From Eubacteriales bacterium (GTDB lineage Bacteria; Bacillota; Clostridia; Oscillospirales; CAG-272), in the NCBI GenBank assembly GCA_045653805.1, contig JAZOMF010000079.1, positions 5,327-69,326 of the forward strand: a DNA stretch of 64,000 nucleotides, given 5' to 3'. The position numbers were made by a program, and so were the translations under genes. How positions within the stretch are numbered: the first letter of the stretch is position 1; each line of letters opens with the position of its first letter. Positions 10,175-17,988 of the stretch are shown piece by piece. The notes beneath the pieces are model-generated. The model worked only from the letters and a program-made list of their open reading frames with translations. It ran no database searches and was not told where the DNA came from.

Positions 10175-11247
10175 AAAACTTATTTATAATGCATACTCAA
10201 TATAATCTTATATTGTCAGCGGCGGTTATGTCGAGGTTCACACCCGCGGAGAACACATTAATTTTATATTCGGAGTTTGACTTGAAAGATGAAATGCGTG
10301 AATCGCTTTCGCGGGTTTTTTACAGAGTAATAGTAATCAGAGATAAATTTGCTCCGGTAATGAAACCGTTGGAAGAAACAAGATTTATTCGCAAATGCAT
10401 GAAAAAAGTTAGGTCTATTAGAAACGAGCGCTTTGATAACGTGTATATGTCGCAGGAGCGTATCTTTGATATGATAGTTTGCGCCAGAGCCAAAAAGATC
10501 AATCCCAATCTAAAATGCTACAATATTGAAGAAGATGCTTATTATTCGATAAACGAAAAATATAATGCAGATGATTACCTTCATATTGAAAGTAAGCGAG
10601 CAAAGCGCAGGAAGTTTTTGTTTGCTTTGTTGCTTGCCGGCTATCCTTATAATTATAAGGACGTTCATTACTGCTACGGCATGAGCAGTGAGTATGACGG
10701 TGCGAATATTTTGTACCCTCATCTTGCAAGACGAGAATTAAGGGGAAAAGATCTGATTGAGATAACAAAAGACGAGCTTGTTCGCGGAATAGACGCGATA
10801 TATTCCAAAATTAATATCGAATATCCCAAAAGCGACAAATACACTTTGTTTTTCTTTGATCTAATGAATCGATATAAGAATCCGGAAAGAGTCAAAGAAA
10901 TTGTCAGAGAGATAATACGAATTTCTCGTGAAGAGGGAAGAACGGTTCTTTTAAAATACCATCCCAGAGAAACCGATAAATTTGAGGATGTTGAAGGTGT
11001 AGTTGAATTACCGCATATTATTCCTGCCGAAAAGGTACTGTATGACCTTCTGGGAACCGATACGGTAATTATGGGAAATGCGACTACCTCATGTATTGTT
11101 GCCGCAAAGCTTGGATATGATGTAATATCGATTAGTAAGCTTGAATTTCCTACTAACGAAAAGATACATAATACGATGAAAAAAATGGGCATCTTTTGTG
11201 TCGATAACACCCAAAATATAAATAGTATAATTAGAAAGGATTTTTAA
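10171..11247 (+). CDS. Hypothetical GT-B-like protein; possible bacterial sialyltransferase / polysialyltransferase-like transferase
   Basis: The N-terminus MKNLFIMHTQYNLILSAAVM, an acidic NIEEDAYY segment and a KYHPRE (HP) motif resemble the D/E-D/E-G and HP motifs of bacterial sialyltransferases. It is translationally coupled to the adjacent cytidylyltransferase. The assignment rests on motifs only. Confidence 0.4.
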   Translation: MKNLFIMHTQYNLILSAAVMSRFTPAENTLILYSEFDLKDEMRESLSRVFYRVIVIRDKFAPVMKPLEETRFIRKCMKKVRSIRNERFDNVYMSQERIFDMIVCARAKKINPNLKCYNIEEDAYYSINEKYNADDYLHIESKRAKRRKFLFALLLAGYPYNYKDVHYCYGMSSEYDGANILYPHLARRELRGKDLIEITKDELVRGIDAIYSKINIEYPKSDKYTLFFFDLMNRYKNPERVKEIVREIIRISREEGRTVLLKYHPRETDKFEDVEGVVELPHIIPAEKVLYDLLGTDTVIMGNATTSCIVAAKLGYDVISISKLEFPTNEKIHNTMKKMGIFCVDNTQNINSIIRKDF

Positions 11248-11248
11248 A

Positions 11249-11944
11249 ATGAGTTTTACAGCCGTTATTCCAGTAAGAGAGGGAAGCAGAAGATTAAAAA
11301 ACAAGAATATCGCTCCCTTTGCAGGTACTAATCTTCTTATTAATAAGATTAACCAGTTAAAGCAGGTTCACGAGATTGAAAATATTGTAGTTTCATCAGA
11401 TTCCGAGTTGATGCTTCAAATGGCAGAATCCCAGGGAGTTATGACACACAAAAGAGCTATTGAGTTTTGTGATGAAAAGACTAAAACCTTTGGTGAGGTT
11501 GTTGCTCATGTGTGTGAAAATGTTCCAGGGGACCATGTCATCTGGGCAACCTGTACCGCTCCCTTGGTGTTCCCGAAGCACTATAAGGAGGCTATAGGAT
11601 TATACAACGATGCTTTGGCGAATGGATATGATTCTCTTGTGTCTATGGAGCAGTTTAAGCGTTATTTGTGGGACGATAACGGACCTGTAAACTATGAGCT
11701 TGGTATCAAGCACGTACCTTCACAGCAGTTGAAGCCCTTGTATTTTTGTACTGACGGCATTCTTATTGCTCCCAGAGAGAAGATGATTGAATGGAAGTAT
11801 TTCCACGGAACCAATCCTTATAGATATATTTTGGACAAGAGAACAAGTGTTGACATTGATGATGGGCTTGATCTTGCTTGTGCAAGAGCATGGCTTGATA
11901 TGGATGAAACTGTTTCTCAGATTGATCCGTATATGACAAAGTAA
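11249..11944 (+). CDS. Cytidylyltransferase of the acylneuraminate cytidylyltransferase (CMP-NeuAc/CMP-Kdo synthetase-like) family
   Basis: The N-terminus AVIPVREGSRRLKNKNI is the signature of this family. The length (231 aa) fits. Confidence 0.75.
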   Translation: MSFTAVIPVREGSRRLKNKNIAPFAGTNLLINKINQLKQVHEIENIVVSSDSELMLQMAESQGVMTHKRAIEFCDEKTKTFGEVVAHVCENVPGDHVIWATCTAPLVFPKHYKEAIGLYNDALANGYDSLVSMEQFKRYLWDDNGPVNYELGIKHVPSQQLKPLYFCTDGILIAPREKMIEWKYFHGTNPYRYILDKRTSVDIDDGLDLACARAWLDMDETVSQIDPYMTK

Positions 11945-11963
11945 TTAATTCAAGGAACCCAAA

Positions 11964-12143
11964 ATGAAAGCCCTAATTTTAAACTCCGGTCTTGGTCGCA
12001 GAATGGGAGTGCTTACAAGCGAGCATCCCAAGTGTATGACCGAGATCTCGGCAAAGGATACTATACTTTCCCGTCAGCTGAAGCTTATCGCTGAGGCTAT
12101 GATACTTAAGGATGTATTCCCAAAGAAAAACAGGAGTAAATAA
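11964..12143 (+). pseudogene. Truncated duplicate of the 5' end of the nucleotidyltransferase-PepM fusion gene (59 codons, then stop)
   Basis: By hand alignment, nt 11964-12079 match 13723-13838 with about 5 mismatches in 116 nt. The encoded MKALILNSGLGRRMGVLTSEHPKCMTEISAKDTILSRQL is identical to the start of the 669-aa protein. The sequence then diverges and stops at 12141-12143. Confidence 0.8.
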
Positions 12144-12979
12144 TGAAACTGACAGAAAATCAATTAAAAGAAACAAAAGTTATTGACGCAACTATTGATA
12201 TAGATGGTTTAAAAAAAATTGAATTGCAAATCTTAAAGGATGTACATGTCTTTTGTGAGTCAAATGAAATACGCTATTTCCTATGGGGTGGGACACTGTT
12301 AGGGGCAATTCGGCATGAAGGATTTATCCCTTGGGATGATGACGTAGATATAGCAATGTTCCGCGAAGATTATGAAAAATTTTTGAAGGATTTTAATGTT
12401 GATCAATACGGCATCACCGAATGCTATGGAGATAAGGGACATCCTTTCTGGCACGCAAAGGTCTATCGAAAAGATACAGAGAAAATTGAGAGCGTGTACT
12501 ATAGAAAGGGCTATTCTGTTGGAGTAGATATAGATGTGTTTGTGTTGGATAGCTATAACAATTATGAAGATGTGCTCAAAACTGTGGAATGGCGCCAAAA
12601 ACAGATCAAATGGTATTTTAGAAGTCTTTACTCATCCAAGTCCCGATCCTTAAAGGCAAAGTTTACGGGTTTTTTAACTCGCAATATTCTGTTTTGTAAT
12701 GCGAATAAGACTTCGCGCGCTATAAATAACAAAGCGACAGAGTTTGGACGAGAAGGCGACGGGCTTATGCTGTATGCCGATTCTAATTTGAAACGACCAC
12801 TCAAATTGGAACGAAGCTGGTTTGAAAGCAGAGTTCTGACAAAGTTTGAGGATACGGCATTTTATGTTCCCGGTAACTATGATGCACTGCTCACAGCTTG
12901 CTATGGAGATTATATGACGCCTCCTCCTAAAGAAAAGCAGATTACTCATCACAGTTTTGTTGCTTATTATAAAAACTAA
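12143..12979 (+). CDS. licD: LicD family phosphotransferase (transfers a phospho- or phosphono-substituent from a CDP/CMP-activated donor to a glycan)
   Basis: It has the LicD signature region YFLWGGTLLGAIRHEGFIPWDDDVDIAM, and GDYMTPPP near the C-terminus. Confidence 0.85.
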   Translation: MKLTENQLKETKVIDATIDIDGLKKIELQILKDVHVFCESNEIRYFLWGGTLLGAIRHEGFIPWDDDVDIAMFREDYEKFLKDFNVDQYGITECYGDKGHPFWHAKVYRKDTEKIESVYYRKGYSVGVDIDVFVLDSYNNYEDVLKTVEWRQKQIKWYFRSLYSSKSRSLKAKFTGFLTRNILFCNANKTSRAINNKATEFGREGDGLMLYADSNLKRPLKLERSWFESRVLTKFEDTAFYVPGNYDALLTACYGDYMTPPPKEKQITHHSFVAYYKN

Positions 12980-12994
12980 AGGGAGAAATATATT

Positions 12995-13699
12995 ATGGTT
13001 ACTGCAATTGTAATTTCCGGTGGTAGCGGAACCAGAACAGGACAGGCAATACCAAAGCAATATTTGACTGTTAATGATATTCCTGTTATTGCATATACCT
13101 TGACGAATTTGCAAAAGGTTGAAGAAATTGACAAAATTATTGTGGTGGTTGCTAAAGGATGGGAGAGCTTTGTGTATGCCTATGCGGTTCAGTTCGGCAT
13201 TACCAAGTGTAAGGAGGTAGTTTTTGGAGGGGTAACACGCAATGAGTCCATATATAACGGCTTGTGTGCGCTCAAAGATGATGGAGAAACAGAAAAAGTG
13301 TGTCTTGTAGACGCCAATCGCCCAATGATACCTCAAGAGGTCTTTAGTGGGGCTATTAGTCTCATTGATCAATGTGACGTGGTTTTAACTGCGGATCCTT
13401 GCTATGATAGTATGTTTTATTCGCCCGACGGTGAATGTGCGACACAGAATGTTGAACGTAAAAATCTGTTTAAGGGGCAAACACCTGAGTGCGCAAGGCT
13501 TGACACTATGTTGGAACTATATGCGGATGAATCTTCTCGTTTGGACAACTCACTAAGTACAAGTGCTCTTGCTATAAAAAAAGGTAAACGTGTACTTCTG
13601 GCTAAAGGACATATTAAATGCTTTAAAATAACTACTGTTGATGACTTTACACTATTTAAAGCATTTCTGTCTGCGGAGTCTTCTAAAAATCTTATATAA
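12995..13699 (+). CDS. IspD/TarI-family cytidylyltransferase
   Basis: The N-terminus AIVISGGSGTRTGQAIPKQYL and the 234-aa length are typical of the 2-C-methyl-D-erythritol-4-P / ribitol-5-P cytidylyltransferase family. Confidence 0.75.
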   Translation: MVTAIVISGGSGTRTGQAIPKQYLTVNDIPVIAYTLTNLQKVEEIDKIIVVVAKGWESFVYAYAVQFGITKCKEVVFGGVTRNESIYNGLCALKDDGETEKVCLVDANRPMIPQEVFSGAISLIDQCDVVLTADPCYDSMFYSPDGECATQNVERKNLFKGQTPECARLDTMLELYADESSRLDNSLSTSALAIKKGKRVLLAKGHIKCFKITTVDDFTLFKAFLSAESSKNLI

Positions 13700-13722
13700 A
13701 TAAACACTTCAAAGGAATTAAA

Positions 13723-15732
13723 ATGAAAGCCCTAATTTTGAACTCCGGACTTGGTCGCAGAATGGGAGTGCTTACAAGCGAGCACCCGAAGTGCATGACC
13801 GAGATCTCGGCAAAGGATACTATACTTTCCCGTCAGCTTCGCCTGATCGCAGAGGCGGGAATAAGTGAAGTGGTTATGACCACGGGATATTTTGACGAGG
13901 TGCTGGTAAATTACTGCCACTCGCTGAATCTTCCCCTGCATTACACCTTTGTAAACAATCCCGTTTACGACACAACTAACTACATTTATTCGATATACTG
14001 CGCTCGTGACACTCTTGAGGGCGACGACATCGTGCTTATGCACGGTGATCTGGTGTTTGAGGGCGAGGTTTTCGATAAGGTCATCGCCAGTGAAGTGAGC
14101 TGTATGACCGTCAGCTCGACCCTGCCTCTGCCCGAAAAGGATTTCAAGGCGGTAATAGGCGAGGGAAGAGTGAAGGCTGTTGGCATCGAGTTCTTTACCG
14201 ATGCGCTGGCGGCTCAACCCCTTTACAAGCTTTGCAAAAATGACTGGAAGGTCTGGCTCGACGAGATAGTTGCATTCTGCGAGAGAGATGACCGCAAGTG
14301 TTACGCTGAAAACGCCTTTAACAAGGTGTCGGACAAGTGCCTCATTTATCCCCTTGACGTTGAAAATGCCCTCTGCGGCGAGATCGACACTCCCGAGGAT
14401 CTGGCAGTTGTGGCATCTCGAATTGCCGAGCTTGAAAGCCGTACCGTTTATATGTGCTTTTCTACCGATATGATCCATTCGGGTCACATTTCCATCATCA
14501 AGAAGGCGCAGAAGCTGGGCAGATTGATCATCGGCGTGCTTTCGGACGAGGCGGTTGCCTCCTACAAGCGATTTCCTCTTATGCCTTATGCCGAAAGGAA
14601 ATCCTTGGTTGAAAATATCAACGGCGTGTCTGAGGTTATCGAGCAAAAGGAGCTTTCCTACGCCGCAAATATCCGCGTGCTGAAGCCCGACTTTGTGGTT
14701 CACGGCGATGATTGGCGCGAGGGCTTCCAGAAGCCTATCCGCGACGAGGTCGTTGAGCTTTTGGCAAGCTATGGCGGAAAGCTGGTTGAGTATCCCTATT
14801 CCAAGGCCGAAACATATCTTGAAATGGAAAAGCTCTCCCGAGCGCAGCTTTCTATGCCCGACATGCGCCGTGGCAGACTTAAAAAGCTTATCTCTATGAA
14901 GGGTCTCGTTACCGCCATGGAGGCTCATAGCGGTATCACAGGACTTATCGTTGAGCAGACCAAGGTGCTTAAAGAGGGCAAGACCTATCAGTTTGATGCT
15001 ATGTGGGTATCCAGCCTTTGCGACTCTACCGCCAAGGGCAAGCCTGACATCGAGCTTGTTGATATGACCTCTCGTTTCCGCACCATAGACGACATAATGG
15101 AGGTTACCACCAAGCCCATCATCTTCGACGGCGACACAGGCGGACTTACCGAGCATTTCGTTTATACCGTCAAGAGCCTTGAGCGAATGGGCGTTTCCAT
15201 GGTAATCATCGAGGACAAGACCGGACTTAAAAAGAACTCGCTCTTCGGCACCGAGGTCGAGCAGACCCAGGATAGCATTGAGAACTTCTGCGAGAAGATC
15301 AGGGCGGGTAAGAAGGCGCAGAAGACCAAGGAATTTATGATCTGTGCGCGTATTGAGTCGCTCATTCTTGAAAGAGGAATGGAGGACGCGCTGGAAAGAG
15401 CGTTTGCCTTCTCTGATGCAGGTGCTGATGCTATTATGATCCACAGCCGCAAGAAGGATCCTGCGGAGATATTTGAGTTTGTGGAGAAGTTCCGTCAAAA
15501 GAATAAGGCAACTCCCATTGTGGTAGTTCCTACCTCCTTTAATACCGTCACCGAGCAGGAGTTTAAGCAGATAGGCGTCAACGTGGTTATCTACGCAAAT
15601 CAGTTAACTCGTAGCGGTTTCCCCGCAATGCAAAAGACCGCCCTCACCATCCTTGAAAACCACCGTGCCAAGGAAGCGGATGATATGTGTATGTCCATCA
15701 AAGAGATAATTACACTTATTCCGGAGGAATAA
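13723..15732 (+). CDS. pepM: Three-domain fusion: LicC-like nucleotidyltransferase, HxGH cytidylyltransferase and phosphoenolpyruvate mutase (PepM)
   Basis: aa 1-235 carry the NTP-transferase motif LNSGLGRRMG. aa 240-370 form a cytidylyltransferase-like domain with MIHSGHI (HxGH). aa 375-669 are PepM with DGDTGG and the diagnostic EDK-x5-NS motif (IEDKTGLKKNS). Confidence 0.9.
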   Translation: MKALILNSGLGRRMGVLTSEHPKCMTEISAKDTILSRQLRLIAEAGISEVVMTTGYFDEVLVNYCHSLNLPLHYTFVNNPVYDTTNYIYSIYCARDTLEGDDIVLMHGDLVFEGEVFDKVIASEVSCMTVSSTLPLPEKDFKAVIGEGRVKAVGIEFFTDALAAQPLYKLCKNDWKVWLDEIVAFCERDDRKCYAENAFNKVSDKCLIYPLDVENALCGEIDTPEDLAVVASRIAELESRTVYMCFSTDMIHSGHISIIKKAQKLGRLIIGVLSDEAVASYKRFPLMPYAERKSLVENINGVSEVIEQKELSYAANIRVLKPDFVVHGDDWREGFQKPIRDEVVELLASYGGKLVEYPYSKAETYLEMEKLSRAQLSMPDMRRGRLKKLISMKGLVTAMEAHSGITGLIVEQTKVLKEGKTYQFDAMWVSSLCDSTAKGKPDIELVDMTSRFRTIDDIMEVTTKPIIFDGDTGGLTEHFVYTVKSLERMGVSMVIIEDKTGLKKNSLFGTEVEQTQDSIENFCEKIRAGKKAQKTKEFMICARIESLILERGMEDALERAFAFSDAGADAIMIHSRKKDPAEIFEFVEKFRQKNKATPIVVVPTSFNTVTEQEFKQIGVNVVIYANQLTRSGFPAMQKTALTILENHRAKEADDMCMSIKEIITLIPEE

Positions 15733-15768
15733 GAGTATCCCCGAAGAATAATTTTTGAGGAATAAAAA

Positions 15769-16878
15769 GTGAAACAAAGAATTATTGAAGGAAGTGCATC
15801 CTACAGGGAGATTGGAGAAGCGCTCCGCTCCCTTGGGGTCACCAAATATATGCTGGTTTATAGCGGATCGGCAAAAAGACTTCCCGTGTGGGAGTATCTT
15901 GCTCATCTTGACATCCCTCGCGTGCTCTTTTCGGACTTTACCCCCAATCCCAAGTATGAGGAGATCGTGGGCGGTGTTGACCTGTTTAGAGCAGAGAATT
16001 GCGACGGGATCCTTGCCGTAGGTGGCGGAAGCGCGATCGACGTGGCAAAATGCATCAAGCTCTACTCAAAAATGAGCAAGGACAAGCTCTATCTTGATCA
16101 AAAATGTACCGACACGGGCATTCCGCTTATAGCTCTGCCCACCACGGCAGGAACCGGAAGCGAGTCTACTCCTTTCTCGGTTATATATTATAAAGGAGAG
16201 AAACAGTCGGTCAAGCACCCGAGCATTTTGCCAGACGTGGCGATTTTGGACGGTGACGTGCTTGAAAATCTGCCGCTTTATCAGAAAAAATGTACCGTTC
16301 TGGATGCCTACTGTCAAGCAATCGAGGCTTGGTGGAGTGTCAATTCGTGCGACGAGAGTATAGCCTGCTCAAAAGCCGCCATCGAGTTGATAAAGGACTA
16401 TATCTTTGAATACGTGGAGCAAAACACCTGCGTGTCGCGTCACAAGATAATGACGGCATCAAACCTTGCGGGTCAGGCGATAGCGTACACCGCTACTACC
16501 GCCCCCCACGCTATGAGCTATAAGCTGACCACCACCTACGGTTATCCCCATGGTCATTCGGTAGGAATCAGCCTGCCGCGAGTGTGGAAATATATGATTG
16601 AAAATTACGAGAGCTGTAATGATAGTCGAGGAGCAGACTACGTTCTTGCCACCTTTGACGAGATAGCAAACGCGCTTGGGTACGCGACCGCAAAAGATGC
16701 GGCAGAGGGCTTTGAAGCAATGCTTTCAAGGCTTGAAATAGGCTATCCTCACGATGAAAACAGGGAAGAGATGGCGAAATATCTTGCCGACTCGGTGAAC
16801 GTGGAGCGACTTGGCAACAACCCCGTAGCTCTTGATAACAAAGAACTTTACGATCTTTATCTGGAGATGTTTATATAA
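15769..16878 (+). CDS. Iron-containing (group III) alcohol dehydrogenase; predicted phosphonoacetaldehyde reductase (GTG start)
   Basis: It has Fe-ADH motifs (AVGGGSAIDVAKC, ALPTTAGTGSE, the histidine-rich PHAMSY...HGHSVG). It lies between pepM and the phosphonopyruvate decarboxylase gene. PhpC, FomC and DhpG belong to this family. Confidence 0.65.
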   Translation: MKQRIIEGSASYREIGEALRSLGVTKYMLVYSGSAKRLPVWEYLAHLDIPRVLFSDFTPNPKYEEIVGGVDLFRAENCDGILAVGGGSAIDVAKCIKLYSKMSKDKLYLDQKCTDTGIPLIALPTTAGTGSESTPFSVIYYKGEKQSVKHPSILPDVAILDGDVLENLPLYQKKCTVLDAYCQAIEAWWSVNSCDESIACSKAAIELIKDYIFEYVEQNTCVSRHKIMTASNLAGQAIAYTATTAPHAMSYKLTTTYGYPHGHSVGISLPRVWKYMIENYESCNDSRGADYVLATFDEIANALGYATAKDAAEGFEAMLSRLEIGYPHDENREEMAKYLADSVNVERLGNNPVALDNKELYDLYLEMFI

Positions 16879-17987
16879 TGAAGCTTGATTTTTTAAAGGA
16901 ATTTGAATTTTTTGCAGGAGTTCCCGATTCACTTCTCAAGCCTCTTTGCAATTACCTTATGGCGACCTACGGCATTTCAAGTAAGCACGTGATTGCCGCT
17001 AATGAGGGTAACGCCGTGGGACTTGCGGCGGGCTACCACTTGGCAACGGGAAAGGTGCCGGTGGTCTATATGCAGAACAGTGGACTGGGAAATATTATTA
17101 ACCCCGTGGCGTCACTTATGAACGATAAGGTTTACGGCATCCCCTGCCTCTTTATCGTAGGCTGGCGAGGTGAGCCGGGCGTTCACGATGAGCCCCAGCA
17201 TATCTATCAAGGCGAGGTTACAGTCCGTCTCCTTGAGGACATGGATATTGCTACCTTTGTAGTAAGCAAGAGCACTACCGCCAAGGAGCTTGAAGAGAAG
17301 ATGACGGAGTTCCGCGCTCTTTGGGCAATCGGAAAGCAGACCGCCTTGGTTATCCGCAAGGGCGCCCTTGAATTTGACGGAAAGGTCAAGTATTCAAACG
17401 AAAACAGCATGGTGCGCGAGGAGATAATCGAGCATATCGCCTCGGCAAGTGAGGGTGACGTAGTAGTATCCACCACTGGCAAAGCCTCGAGAGAGCTTTT
17501 CGAGATTCGAGAGCGAAGAGGTCAGGCACACGGTTCTGATTTCCTAACGGTTGGCTCTATGGGTCATTCCTCGTCGATTGCCCTTGCAATCGCCAATGAA
17601 AAGCCCGACCGCAAGATCTGGATAATCGACGGAGACGGAGCGCTGCTTATGCACATGGGCTCTATGGCGCTTCTTGGAGCCAACGCTCCCAAAAACGTGG
17701 TTCACATCGTTATAAATAATGGAGCACACGAGACGGTTGGCGGACTTCCCACTGTGGCAGAGAAGATCGACCTTATGAAGATAGCAGAAGGATGTGGATA
17801 TCCCTCGTTTGAGAGTGTGGATAGCTTTGATGCGCTGGATAACGCGCTGGATAGAGCAAAGGTATCGGATCAACTCTCGTTTATTGAGGTCAAATGCTCC
17901 ATCGGAGCGAGAGACGACCTCGGCAGACCCACGACCACAGCAAAAGAAAACAAAGAGAACTTTATGAAGTATCTGGAGGATAAATAA
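16878..17987 (+). CDS. aepY: Phosphonopyruvate decarboxylase (TPP-dependent)
   Basis: The N-terminus FFAGVPDSLLKPLCNYL...ANEGNAVGLAAGYHLATGK...MQNSGLGN and the TPP-binding segment IIDGDGALLMHMGS...NN are characteristic of Ppd/AepY. Confidence 0.85.
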   Translation: MKLDFLKEFEFFAGVPDSLLKPLCNYLMATYGISSKHVIAANEGNAVGLAAGYHLATGKVPVVYMQNSGLGNIINPVASLMNDKVYGIPCLFIVGWRGEPGVHDEPQHIYQGEVTVRLLEDMDIATFVVSKSTTAKELEEKMTEFRALWAIGKQTALVIRKGALEFDGKVKYSNENSMVREEIIEHIASASEGDVVVSTTGKASRELFEIRERRGQAHGSDFLTVGSMGHSSSIALAIANEKPDRKIWIIDGDGALLMHMGSMALLGANAPKNVVHIVINNGAHETVGGLPTVAEKIDLMKIAEGCGYPSFESVDSFDALDNALDRAKVSDQLSFIEVKCSIGARDDLGRPTTTAKENKENFMKYLEDK

Positions 17988-17988
17988 A

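Noticed and set aside
13732-15498. A 588-aa ORF on the minus strand, antisense to the PepM fusion gene
   Set aside because: It lies entirely inside a gene with unmistakable PepM and nucleotidyltransferase motifs on the plus strand. Its translation is low-complexity (Leu/Arg/Gly/His-rich) with no motifs and no RBS. It is a typical shadow ORF of a GC3-rich gene.
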